64,000 bases of DNA from Verrucomicrobiia bacterium (GTDB lineage Bacteria > Verrucomicrobiota > Verrucomicrobiia > Limisphaerales > UBA1319), in assembly GCA_963664225.1 (NCBI GenBank), contig OY760937.1, positions 1,760,001-1,824,000 on the forward strand, in the 5' to 3' direction. The position numbers and the translations under genes are program-made. Below the pieces are notes generated by a model that was not told the DNA's origin, made no database searches, and was given only the letters and a program-made list of their open reading frames with translations. This document shows, piece by piece, positions 49,458-59,217 of the stretch. Position 1 is the stretch's first letter. Every line of letters begins with the position of its first letter.

Positions 49458-49737
49458 ATCCGTATTTGAGGTGATTATGTTTATTCCAGCCCTAAATTTC
49501 TGCATCAGGCGCGCTTCTTAATCCCGCGCATCGTCGCGCGCGACCTTATGCATATCCGGCATACATGCAAGGCGATTTATAATTCTGCACAGCGGTTAGC
49601 GCTTGTGCCACAGCAGCTTTTGTTGATATATGCGGAAGCTGACCCGGGTTGTCATCGCTCTTATCAGAGCATTACCAGAGGATCCATTACATTTTGGTTG
49701 ACGGTATGAGCCTTGAAAATACTATTGATGGACTAAT

Positions 49738-50433
49738 ATGAACATGCGTATTTGTGCGGTTTCAGTGGCGGCAATGCTTGCCACGGCAGGCCAGGTTTGG
49801 TCCGCTGTTCTCTACGTCAATGATTTGGCGGGGTACGACACCGCCATTGGAGGCCTCTCGTTGGCCGGAACGGAAAACTTCGAGAGTCTTTTCCCCACCG
49901 GAGGGTCGTTCGAGGATCTGGGCAGTCTGAGCGGCACTGTGATCAACGCTGGCTTGGGTCTGAAAGTGACAGCCTCAAGCGGCAACTTGGGTGGGGTGGG
50001 CAGCACATTTGGCCTGGGAGCTGACTCGAACTCGCTCTGGGATGGAAATTACGGAACCCTGACAGTGGAGTTGGCTCCTTCCTCCGGCAAGCCCGTGCTG
50101 GGTCTCAGTCTTAACGTGCTATCCTGGAATGACACTTTGGGAGCTGCTGGCACGCCAGACATTAAGGTATATAACCTCTCGGGAACCCTGATTGGCTCCG
50201 GCACCGTTGCGGCCTCAACCATGGCCAGTGCCAGCGGTTTCGTGGGCATTGTCGCTAGTCCCGGGGAATCCATTGGTAAGATTGTCCTCACCCCCACTTT
50301 GGATTACACCGTGGGCGTGGATAATTTCGCGGCAGCCGTCCCCGAACCCGCCACTTATACGCTGGCTTTGGGGATATGCGCTCTGGGTGTGGGCTTTGTG
50401 AGACGATGCCGCCGTTCAAATTCGCGGGCGTAA
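49738..50433 (+). CDS. PEP-CTERM protein
   Basis: Signal peptide; C-terminal VPEPATY + TM + RRCRR. Confidence 0.9.
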   Translation: MNMRICAVSVAAMLATAGQVWSAVLYVNDLAGYDTAIGGLSLAGTENFESLFPTGGSFEDLGSLSGTVINAGLGLKVTASSGNLGGVGSTFGLGADSNSLWDGNYGTLTVELAPSSGKPVLGLSLNVLSWNDTLGAAGTPDIKVYNLSGTLIGSGTVAASTMASASGFVGIVASPGESIGKIVLTPTLDYTVGVDNFAAAVPEPATYTLALGICALGVGFVRRCRRSNSRA

Positions 50434-50443
50434 TCGGATCTTG

Positions 50444-52162
50444 TCAGAAATTTTGGATGGCAGCGGGAACACCACCCTGCCATATCCAATCGCCCTCGTT
50501 CATCGAGATCCTGTTCGAAGGTTTGTTAATAGCCATGCCACCGTCGTCCTTCCCGTTGAAGCCGATCGAATAGAGCACGAAGTGTTCCTTATCAATCCGG
50601 CGATACCGGTAAGGTTCGCCAGTCAACATATCGTGAGGCACCTTCTCGATATATTGCGGCATCAGGTCGCCAAGACCCGCCGGGTATTCCTTCCTATCAA
50701 GAAAATACCGCTCCAGGGCGCAGCCCAGATACGCCAAATCCACAGTCGTTTGTTCCAGGACGGCCGGTTTCGCCAGAGAATAAATGGTCCATAAACATTC
50801 ACTAACCTTGACCTTGTGATGCCAATAAGGGTGGAATATACTCGGGCTATTCCACAAGCCGGTTATGCGCGCAAGTTCGTTGGTGGACATCCTCCCATTT
50901 GCGAGATCGAAAACTCGCGGGACGAATTCATCATAACATTGGCTCAGATGCAGCTTTTCAAAATCATACCAACCTGCGGGTCCCCATTGGTAATAAAGAA
51001 CATACGGTAACGCACCACTATTCTCGAGGTTCAATTTCCACTGTTCCCAATCGAATCGACTCCGCTGATATTCCTTTCGATCTTCATCGACCAGCGGAAT
51101 GCACCATGCTCGATGACACATGAGAACCCGACTTGCCTCGACAATTTCGTTGTTTGGGATTCTCAGTTTCTGCAAACGCTCCAATTGAGCAGCCGACCAC
51201 AGGTGTCTCGACGCCCCTTCCCATATCGCCTGCGTCAAGTAACGATCAGAGGCCCAACGGACAGTATAGGATGTCTTCCACGGATCCGTTTTTAATGAAT
51301 TGCAAAGGTGGAATCCGAGTTCGAGATCGGCCATTGCCGAATCGGTTTGACCTGACTCCAAGTGGCAGATGGCTGATATCCGCAGGAAAGAGGTGAGATT
51401 CATAATTACGTTTCGATGCGGTTGCCTGATGGCGTATATCGGCTCATTGTCGTATTTGACTGGATAGCGACAATAAGGGCGCTTCATGGCGGATCGGAGC
51501 TCGTCCCAAACCGGCTGCATGGTTTCCATGCTTTGAAGAATCTCCTGTGCCTGCTCGTTCTTACTCATCTGGGAATAACGTTCAACCAGTGGATCAACCT
51601 TGGTGGATTCAATTTCCCGGTCGGCTGTTGCCGAATTCGACGGGGGGACAAGGCCGTAACGCTTCAGCATCGCCGGGCTCATCCTTGGGAAGTGCCCCTT
51701 CGAGCCAGGAGCCTGGTTGGTCAAGACTTCAGATAAAGAGGTATGCAAACCGAGCATCCAATTTCCACCGCCGAAATCCAAATGCTTGTTGAAAATAGAA
51801 TCAGTGAGTTGTTTGATCCTCGAGGAGGAATTCGTGTCCCGGTATTCCTGCGTGCCGGGTTTGAAATCGTATAAAGCCGCCAGAACCGGCGTCATGGCAA
51901 AATTCTCAGCGTCCGGCACTTGTGGCGGAATGCAGGACTTCCAATCCAAATGCAATCCCTGCGCGGTCTTCGCCTGCACGTAGTTCGTCCAGGCGCGATG
52001 CCCGCGCCAGTTTTCTTCCGCATAGAATGCCAGGACGAGGGCGACACCGATCAACGCCATCCGCCAAAGAATCCGGAAGCTGAACAACCGGCGAATTCGC
52101 GATACACGGGAGCCTTGTTTCATGTTCAGATCTCCACCAGCCGGTCCTTCTGGAAGATTCAT
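50444..52162 (-). CDS. Hypothetical membrane-anchored protein with GspG-like C-terminal segment
   Basis: TM then EENWRG; C-terminal LERY..YP..L..LMPQYI..VPHD..Y..LYSIGFNGKDDGG. The start may be the second Met. Confidence 0.72.
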   Translation of the reverse strand: MNLPEGPAGGDLNMKQGSRVSRIRRLFSFRILWRMALIGVALVLAFYAEENWRGHRAWTNYVQAKTAQGLHLDWKSCIPPQVPDAENFAMTPVLAALYDFKPGTQEYRDTNSSSRIKQLTDSIFNKHLDFGGGNWMLGLHTSLSEVLTNQAPGSKGHFPRMSPAMLKRYGLVPPSNSATADREIESTKVDPLVERYSQMSKNEQAQEILQSMETMQPVWDELRSAMKRPYCRYPVKYDNEPIYAIRQPHRNVIMNLTSFLRISAICHLESGQTDSAMADLELGFHLCNSLKTDPWKTSYTVRWASDRYLTQAIWEGASRHLWSAAQLERLQKLRIPNNEIVEASRVLMCHRAWCIPLVDEDRKEYQRSRFDWEQWKLNLENSGALPYVLYYQWGPAGWYDFEKLHLSQCYDEFVPRVFDLANGRMSTNELARITGLWNSPSIFHPYWHHKVKVSECLWTIYSLAKPAVLEQTTVDLAYLGCALERYFLDRKEYPAGLGDLMPQYIEKVPHDMLTGEPYRYRRIDKEHFVLYSIGFNGKDDGGMAINKPSNRISMNEGDWIWQGGVPAAIQNF

Positions 52163-52262
52163 ACCCTGCAGACCATGTCAGATTCTCCACCTTCCTGCGA
52201 CTAATTTTAATCCCGTTTTGCGCTGTGATCAGTTAATCTGCGGATGACGCCCCGCCCTTCGC

Positions 52263-54554
52263 CTACTCACGCCACGGCACTTCGTAAACCCGCACCGGTT
52301 CGCGAATGCCTTTGGCGACCACGGGGGATTGTTCCACGCAGGTCGCCGCCAGGGCCGGATCGCCGACCAGCAAGTCCGCGTGGGTGGACGCGCTGATGAT
52401 GATGCGGCTGCGCCCGGAAACCCCTTCCAGGCGGCTGGCGACGTTCACTTCGCGTCCGAACACGGTGTAGTTGAGGATGTGCTTGTCGGAACCCATCAGG
52501 CCCACGGTCGCCACCCCCGTGTTCAAACCGGTGCCCATGTCGAGTATCGGCAATGGCGCCTGAAACGGCAGGCCCGCGGCATTGTCCGCTTCGCGTTTCC
52601 GATTTTCCTCCGTCCGCGTTGCGTTGAGCTGATGAATCGCGCGCTGGATTTCGATGGCGGCGCGCACCGCCCGCAACGCGTGATCGGGATACGCCGCAGG
52701 CGCGCCCCAAAAGGCCATCACACAATCGCCGATGTATTTATCCAGCGTGCCGTTGTGTTTCTTGATGATGTCCGCCACCACGCTCAAATACAGGTTCACC
52801 GTCATGAGCATCTCCCGCGCCTGCGCGTCAAAGAAATCAGCCGCATCGCGCTCTTGAAGCTGCCGGGAACGCGCGGATTCCGCAGCCCGCGCCTGGTGGG
52901 CGTCTGTGATCTCAGTGAAACCGCGCACGTCGGCAAAGAAAATCGTGATGCGCCGGCTGGCGCCGCCGAGGGACAAATGTTCCGCATTGAGCAGTTCATT
53001 GACCACATCAGGCGATACGAGGCGGGAAAAGACCGACCGCACCCGCCGCCGTTCCTGCTGCTCGAAAATCACGCGGTAGGTCACCATGCACAGGTGCGTC
53101 GTGAACAAGGCGCCAAAAACCGGCAGCACGATGGGCGCCCAGATCCGCATTTCGACAAATAGCGACAACGCGGCGGCCAGTTCCACCACCATCAGCACCA
53201 GCACCAGGAACGAGGCCCAAAGCACCCGCAGCCGCCATGTCAGCCATGCCGAAATGAGGCTCATCGCCAGAATCAAACCCAGGGCGATCGGGACCGGGAC
53301 CGGCCGTATCACCCGGTCCATCAACAGGGCGTTGGCCACATTCCAATGCTGGCTGATGCCGAAAGTCTCCTTCTCGAGCGAAGTGGCCACCTTGTCGCGC
53401 AAATCGTTTCCGGTGGCGGTGGACCCGACCATTACCAGCCGTCCTTTAAACAGGTCCGGCGTTTCGTTGGTCATTCCATTCTCGCGCAGGATATCCCGCG
53501 CCAGCAGGGCCTCTAATGAGGTCGAAGCCAGGACGGGGTCGTTGATCGGAATGCTCCAATCGATCACAAACCGCCCCTCCCCATCCACCGGAATCACCCG
53601 CTGAATCGCGCCCGGCCCGCGCAAAATAATCCGCCCGGGCGCCACTTCGGCATGGTCCAGATCCAGTCCCAGCCCCAGCGCCGCCATCGCGATCCCCATA
53701 TTCCACACGCGCGCATCGACATAGGCCGGAGCGCGACCTGGCGCTGGATTGGCTGATTCATCGTGCAACACATCGGCCTTGAAACGACCCACATCGAAAG
53801 TGCCGTTCGTATCCGTGGCCAGTGCGAACGGCAATGGCACCACCGCGCCATTCCTGTGGCATGTGAATTCGCCCGCTGCGTTGCGCCGCACGGTGAGCAA
53901 ATCCACCCCCTCCAATTGAGCCGCCTGCACGATCGACGGATGCCAGATGCGGTAATCTGAAAAAGCCCTGGCCCGACGCAGTATCCCGTCCCTCTCGACT
54001 TCCGCAGTGATGTCCCCCATCTGGCTGGCATTCGTCCGGAATAATGCCGCTGGAGGAAAGCCCCGGGCTGCGGCAAGAACGACGTTGCCGGCGCTCTTTA
54101 TCTCCCGGGCAAAAAACTGGTCCGAACCAATCCGCCGCCCATCCGGCAACAACAGTGCGGCATGATCCGGGCGATTTTCGCCAAACGCGATGTCAAAGCC
54201 CACAGCCGTGGCCCCCTGCCGGGAAAGCTCCCGCACCACGCGTCCATATAAATGCCTGGGCCAGTATAGACCGTATTGGAAGCCAAGGGAACCGTCGCCG
54301 ATCACACCAATGCTCGCGTCGCTGATGAAGACGGCACCGAGATTGGTGGCCGTCACGGGCGCCATCTTCGCCGCCCAACGCACCCGCCAATCGAAGCTCA
54401 TCCATTCGAGACGATTGGCAAACTCGACGGGAGCGAAACGGGCCGGCGCGAGTTGCAAAAAACAAAAGAAACCCGCCACCAGGGCGGGTATCACGACCAG
54501 ACCCCACTTAAACCGCAAAGCCGCGCTTCGGTGTTTTGCGGGCTGGGAGGTCAT
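52263..54554 (-). CDS. CHASE2-domain class III adenylate/guanylate cyclase
   Basis: CHASE2 (WPR..VGFDI..DGILRR), 3 TMs, FADVRGFT, DKYIGDCVMAFWGAP, YTVFGREVNVASRLE. Confidence 0.93.
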   Translation of the reverse strand: MTSQPAKHRSAALRFKWGLVVIPALVAGFFCFLQLAPARFAPVEFANRLEWMSFDWRVRWAAKMAPVTATNLGAVFISDASIGVIGDGSLGFQYGLYWPRHLYGRVVRELSRQGATAVGFDIAFGENRPDHAALLLPDGRRIGSDQFFAREIKSAGNVVLAAARGFPPAALFRTNASQMGDITAEVERDGILRRARAFSDYRIWHPSIVQAAQLEGVDLLTVRRNAAGEFTCHRNGAVVPLPFALATDTNGTFDVGRFKADVLHDESANPAPGRAPAYVDARVWNMGIAMAALGLGLDLDHAEVAPGRIILRGPGAIQRVIPVDGEGRFVIDWSIPINDPVLASTSLEALLARDILRENGMTNETPDLFKGRLVMVGSTATGNDLRDKVATSLEKETFGISQHWNVANALLMDRVIRPVPVPIALGLILAMSLISAWLTWRLRVLWASFLVLVLMVVELAAALSLFVEMRIWAPIVLPVFGALFTTHLCMVTYRVIFEQQERRRVRSVFSRLVSPDVVNELLNAEHLSLGGASRRITIFFADVRGFTEITDAHQARAAESARSRQLQERDAADFFDAQAREMLMTVNLYLSVVADIIKKHNGTLDKYIGDCVMAFWGAPAAYPDHALRAVRAAIEIQRAIHQLNATRTEENRKREADNAAGLPFQAPLPILDMGTGLNTGVATVGLMGSDKHILNYTVFGREVNVASRLEGVSGRSRIIISASTHADLLVGDPALAATCVEQSPVVAKGIREPVRVYEVPWRE

Positions 54555-54641
54555 GGGATCGATCACAGAAATGAAAAAACCCAAGGCATCGAAGACGCCC
54601 TGGGTTTTGTCTTAAAGTTCTTCCGATTCCATCACATCGGA

Positions 54642-55412
54642 CTAGTCTTGCGGCGGCGTCACAGGAGCAGACGCGGGGGCAGGATTGCCGATGATCGGGG
54701 ACACGGGCACCTCAATGGGCTTCACAACTCCACCAACGGGAGTGACGACCACCGGGGGTTGACCCGTAGGAGGCATCGGCAAAGGCGACCAACCGGCAGG
54801 AGGCGTGTTCTGAATCGTGGGAACGCCAGCGGCATCCGTGGGAGGAATGAACCATTCGCCTTCGCGGACAGTCATGGTGGTGACTTTGCCGGACGGCGAC
54901 ACGTAGGTCACGATCACTTCGCCCGTCACAACATGAACGACACCCGAGGCGCTTATGTCATATTCCGTGCCGCGAATGCCCACGGTGCCCGTCGGCACTT
55001 TGACTTCATAGCGGGAGGCGGCGGCCAATTTCTTGACGTTGCCCAAAATACGTCCGCTGGCGAGATTCAACTGGGTCTCGACCACGGTTTCCGCACCCGT
55101 GTCATCAAACAGAATTTTGTCCAAACCGAGCGTGGTGTCTGACGTCAAACGAACCACCGGGCCATTTTGCTTAAGGAACAGATCCACTTGAGAATCCGAA
55201 GCGGTTTTGACTACAGCGCCCGCTTTGAGGACTTTGCCCACCTTCAGCGGGGTCCAGGCGCCACCCGCGTCGGAATACTGCGCACTGCCGCGCAAGGATG
55301 TGACTGTTGCCGTTCCTTCTTGTTGAGCCTGAGCGGAGCTGAGCATGGCCGAAACCACGAGAGCGACTCCGCCAGCCGCCAATTTAGATATTAAGCTACC
55401 GAGGTGTTTCAT
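54642..55412 (-). CDS. Exported FecR-domain protein
   Basis: Signal peptide; LKAGAVVKT..S.VDL and TGTVGIRGTEY motifs; Pro-rich tail. Confidence 0.85.
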   Translation of the reverse strand: MKHLGSLISKLAAGGVALVVSAMLSSAQAQQEGTATVTSLRGSAQYSDAGGAWTPLKVGKVLKAGAVVKTASDSQVDLFLKQNGPVVRLTSDTTLGLDKILFDDTGAETVVETQLNLASGRILGNVKKLAAASRYEVKVPTGTVGIRGTEYDISASGVVHVVTGEVIVTYVSPSGKVTTMTVREGEWFIPPTDAAGVPTIQNTPPAGWSPLPMPPTGQPPVVVTPVGGVVKPIEVPVSPIIGNPAPASAPVTPPQD

Positions 55413-55532
55413 ATTATGCTCCAGATTTGATCAATTTACCTTAAATCTTCGCCCACTTTAGTGACTCAGCGCCAATTGTCAACCGCATAATTCGCAGTTC
55501 AATCAACTTTCTCAAAAAAAAGCGGCAAAGAG

Positions 55533-57404
55533 TCATTTTTTGCCGCTGGAAGCGGCCTTGCGACGATCGATCAGCCAAATATACTTCAAAGCAATCGGGT
55601 TGTCATTATGATTTAACTGGTATGACCGTATAAACCACACCCTCGCCCCATCGTAATCTCCGAGTTGAATCAAATGCCATCCTTGATGGGCCAAGGTGTA
55701 ATACCCATTGGGATCCAATTCCAGAGCACGCTCAAAATATCGCGCCGCCTCCTCTTGCCGCCCCAACCAGTCCAGGCACATCCCATATCGCAGCCAGGAG
55801 TATCCATCGTATGGATTGATTTTCGTGGCTCGATCAAACCATTCCATTGCCTTCTGCGCGAGCAGTTTATAATCGGAGTTACCCTCCCAGCTATGCATCC
55901 GCCAGGACTCGCCAATCTCGTAGGCGGTCTTGGAATTCATCGGTTCCCCGGCAAAAGCCTTTTCAAGGGCTTCGATTCGCGCCATCGAATATTCCTTCAG
56001 CTTCTCAGCATTGGCCAGGCGCACCTCTTCGCGAAAACGACGAATCCCCTGGGTCCCCAAATAATACATTCCACCCAGGCAGAGGATCGTGACCAGAATT
56101 TTGAAACCTACGCGGCCCCGGACCCAGTATCGGTCTGTTGAAAATCGTAAATGACTCGACATCAATGCCATGAGAGTCACTGCGAGAATCGCATTCGCCG
56201 GGATTCGCATGTTAAAATCCACCACCGAATGCAAAAGAATGGCCATCAGGCCAATGGATGCGCCCAAAACAAAAGCCGGTTTGTTGCTTTTCCGGGAAGC
56301 GCCATCGCTGGAGACGCGCAGCACAAATTTCCAGGTTTGGAATACGCCCACATAGAGCAAAACCCACGCCGAAAGCACCAATGCCGTTCCCACCACCCCG
56401 TAATCGGACAGCGTGTTCAGATAATCGTTGTGAACATAATAGGGGCGCATTTGCACCTCTTCAGGCCGGTATTGCCGGAACCGGAGATCGAAATGCCCCG
56501 GCCCGACCCCCAGCAACACGTTTTCCTCCCACATCTTCAGGGCCGGTTTCCACAGCCGAAAGCGGGTATCCTCAAGCTTGCCCGCCACGAACATTTCGCT
56601 GAAGCGTTTTTGCGTCATCCTCGCGTTCGAGACGAAGGCCACGCCAAAACCGAGCAAAACCACCAGAGCGACGATCGCGGGAATCCGATACTGGCGCTGG
56701 CGCAACAGCACAATGAACAGCACCGTCAACGCCAGAGCGGTGGCAATCCAGCCGCCCCGGGAAATGGAAGTGGCTATCCCGGCCAGCATCACCAATCCGG
56801 CATACCCGATAAAAATCCTGGTCACCGCACTAATCTTGCCCATGAACACATAGGCCAATGTCAGCGGCAGCACCATCTCCAGAAAGCCCGCCAGGTGATT
56901 CGGGCAGATATAAGTGCCCGAACCCCGCTTCATATACTGGGCAGGCTTGATAAAGCCCCAAACACGGTCCGAATTGGTTGCAAACTGATAAATTCCATAG
57001 GCGGCAACCGCCATGGCCAGAAAAATCAGGACGAAACTGATGATTTGCGTCGATTCCTGATGATGCAGATGGTTCACCACCGCAAAAAACAGGAAGGCAT
57101 AAATAATCACGCGGATCATCTCCTCCCGCGCGGTATATTCGACTCCGGCCTGGAAATAACGGACAATCACATACGTGGCAAAGGCCAGCACGGCCCAACC
57201 GATGGGAGGAAATAAGAAACGGCGGGACTCGCCAAACCAAAGCCGGACAATCCACAGACCCAGAACGCCGATCGTCAAGCCCTGGATCACCAGAAAGTCC
57301 GTGGGACGCACCGCGCCGGTGGCCAGCGGACCAAACACCAGGATCGCCAAGACCAGGCCCAAAATCCCCCACTCGCACCAGCGATCAATCCGTTCGCGAT
57401 TCAT
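55533..57404 (-). CDS. O-antigen ligase family protein with C-terminal TPRs
   Basis: Multi-TM; GTYICPNHLAG, SRGG, GVGPG, HNDYL and HSVVDFN motifs; TPR tail. Confidence 0.9.
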   Translation of the reverse strand: MNRERIDRWCEWGILGLVLAILVFGPLATGAVRPTDFLVIQGLTIGVLGLWIVRLWFGESRRFLFPPIGWAVLAFATYVIVRYFQAGVEYTAREEMIRVIIYAFLFFAVVNHLHHQESTQIISFVLIFLAMAVAAYGIYQFATNSDRVWGFIKPAQYMKRGSGTYICPNHLAGFLEMVLPLTLAYVFMGKISAVTRIFIGYAGLVMLAGIATSISRGGWIATALALTVLFIVLLRQRQYRIPAIVALVVLLGFGVAFVSNARMTQKRFSEMFVAGKLEDTRFRLWKPALKMWEENVLLGVGPGHFDLRFRQYRPEEVQMRPYYVHNDYLNTLSDYGVVGTALVLSAWVLLYVGVFQTWKFVLRVSSDGASRKSNKPAFVLGASIGLMAILLHSVVDFNMRIPANAILAVTLMALMSSHLRFSTDRYWVRGRVGFKILVTILCLGGMYYLGTQGIRRFREEVRLANAEKLKEYSMARIEALEKAFAGEPMNSKTAYEIGESWRMHSWEGNSDYKLLAQKAMEWFDRATKINPYDGYSWLRYGMCLDWLGRQEEAARYFERALELDPNGYYTLAHQGWHLIQLGDYDGARVWFIRSYQLNHNDNPIALKYIWLIDRRKAASSGKK

Positions 57405-57554
57405 CAGGCCAAGGAGCCTACCCGAATCAACCGGTTCCGGTCACTTAAAAACTCGAAATGCTCCACGGGGCTTTGCGCCACGCCGGCTTGGTGTGGAACA
57501 AAAGTTGCTTCCCATGGTTTTTTTAGTGCCAAAGTGCTCTTTGAGCCTTCCTGT

Positions 57555-59090
57555 TTACACACAAGACTCGGGAGCCGGCTTCATGAGATTGGAATCCTGG
57601 GGATGCATACCGACCTCCCCGGCGGTTTGGGTGGATCGCTCGAAACGGAGGACCGCGCCGCGAAAATCCACGCCATCGGCAGATAAGGCGGCGACGGGCA
57701 ATTCAAATTGTCCGTCTGGCAGGGCAAACCGGAAGCTGAACCCTCCGTCCGGCCGCAGGCGTATCGGATGGCTGCCAATCTCGACCCTGGCGTCGGGTTC
57801 TGTGGCGCCGTAAATGACCAGTTCCGCATTCACCGTGAACCAGAACTTTCGGCCAGGCACGGCACCCGGTTGGCCGGGTTGGACGGACTGGCCGGGCAGA
57901 AAGCTTGTCGGCAAGGAAAACACTCCCGGAAATGAAGAGGGCAATCCTCCAGGCTGGGGAACTGGTGCTGTGCCCGGAACTTCTTGCGGGCCTGAAACCG
58001 GACCGGGGATTTCACGTTCGGGCCCGACCATTTCAACCCACTGGAGTGAGTTGGCCATGCCGACTGACTTCGCTGTTTGAACCGGGGCGCCCAAGGTTGC
58101 CAGGGCAGCTTGAACTTCCGGGATCCAGGGAACATCGGATGCAGGAGTGATCCGGGCCGCCGGAAAATTGCGCACAAGCGGCTCCGGTTCCACCCCAAGG
58201 CCTGTGCTTAATATCCCGGGAACGGGTGTCTCCAGGACAGGAAACACCACGGTGTGCATCTGTGCTGTGGCGGGTTCGGCCGGCGCCTCCGCAGGGGTGG
58301 CCGCCAAAGCAGGGTCCGCAATGGGCACCCAGGCCCCTGCCCGGTTCCGATAACCCATTTCCACCCGGTATTCGGCGCCCGCGCGCGCCACTGGGATGAA
58401 CCATTCGCACGCTTCAGGCGTTAAAATGACATCGTGCTCCCCGCCCTGCCCCACCACGGCAACCTTCAGGTGGATGCAACCGTCAACGGCGCGCAAACGG
58501 TGGAGTGCGAGTGCGCCGGCTGGAAAATCCCACGTTGCGAACAAACAATGGGGATCGCGCGCAAGAAGATGGAGAATCCCCCGTTCGAGTTCTTGAAACT
58601 CCATTACAGGCACTCCCGGGTGCAGCGCCAATGGTTCGGGGACGTGAATTGCCATTTGCTCCGTTACTGCTGGCTGGGGCGCCATCGCAGGTTCCAAATT
58701 CACCAAGGCAGTTTGCGCATGGGCCAGGGTCGGAATGATCGGCGCCACTTCGAGGACGGATACGGTTAAAAACCGGGGCTTGGAACTTTGGACCGGGCTG
58801 GTCTGAATATTTTCAACTCGCTCTTCAACTCTCTCTTGAACAAGTAATTGTGCCTCAGCCAGCGGTGTCTCCACTAGTTGGGATTCCGAAATCCGTGGCA
58901 CCAGCGGGGGAGGTGCTGTTTCGAGTAAAATCGGGGGAATGACAAGAGCCTGAGAGCGCGGTTTGGCGATGCGCGGGGCGGCTTTTGCAGCCCGGACCGG
59001 AGTCCTGCGCTTCGCTGGCAAAGCGACGCCAGCCGACGTCCGCACTTTCTTGCGTGCCGGCTTCACCGCTTTTTTGACAGGCTTTTTCAT
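57555..59090 (-). CDS. DUF4912 domain protein
   Basis: LLARDPHCLFATWD and C-terminal FWFTVNAELVIYGATEP..DGGFSFRFALPDG. Confidence 0.82.
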   Translation of the reverse strand: MKKPVKKAVKPARKKVRTSAGVALPAKRRTPVRAAKAAPRIAKPRSQALVIPPILLETAPPPLVPRISESQLVETPLAEAQLLVQERVEERVENIQTSPVQSSKPRFLTVSVLEVAPIIPTLAHAQTALVNLEPAMAPQPAVTEQMAIHVPEPLALHPGVPVMEFQELERGILHLLARDPHCLFATWDFPAGALALHRLRAVDGCIHLKVAVVGQGGEHDVILTPEACEWFIPVARAGAEYRVEMGYRNRAGAWVPIADPALAATPAEAPAEPATAQMHTVVFPVLETPVPGILSTGLGVEPEPLVRNFPAARITPASDVPWIPEVQAALATLGAPVQTAKSVGMANSLQWVEMVGPEREIPGPVSGPQEVPGTAPVPQPGGLPSSFPGVFSLPTSFLPGQSVQPGQPGAVPGRKFWFTVNAELVIYGATEPDARVEIGSHPIRLRPDGGFSFRFALPDGQFELPVAALSADGVDFRGAVLRFERSTQTAGEVGMHPQDSNLMKPAPESCV

Positions 59091-59217
59091 AACGTTATCC
59101 TCGCATAAAGACGGGCTTTTAAAAAGGATTATTCTGGCGAATATGAGGACTTTTCAAGGCTGCAGCCAAAAGGATTGGATTGCCTAACGCCCCGATATTC
59201 TTAAAAATCCTATTCGC

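Noticed and set aside
49640..49715. SAM-I or c-di-GMP riboswitch upstream of the PEP-CTERM gene
   Set aside because: CTCTTATCAGAG resembles a SAM-I start and small stems can be drawn, but the GAGGGA..GCAACC core and GEMM motifs are absent.
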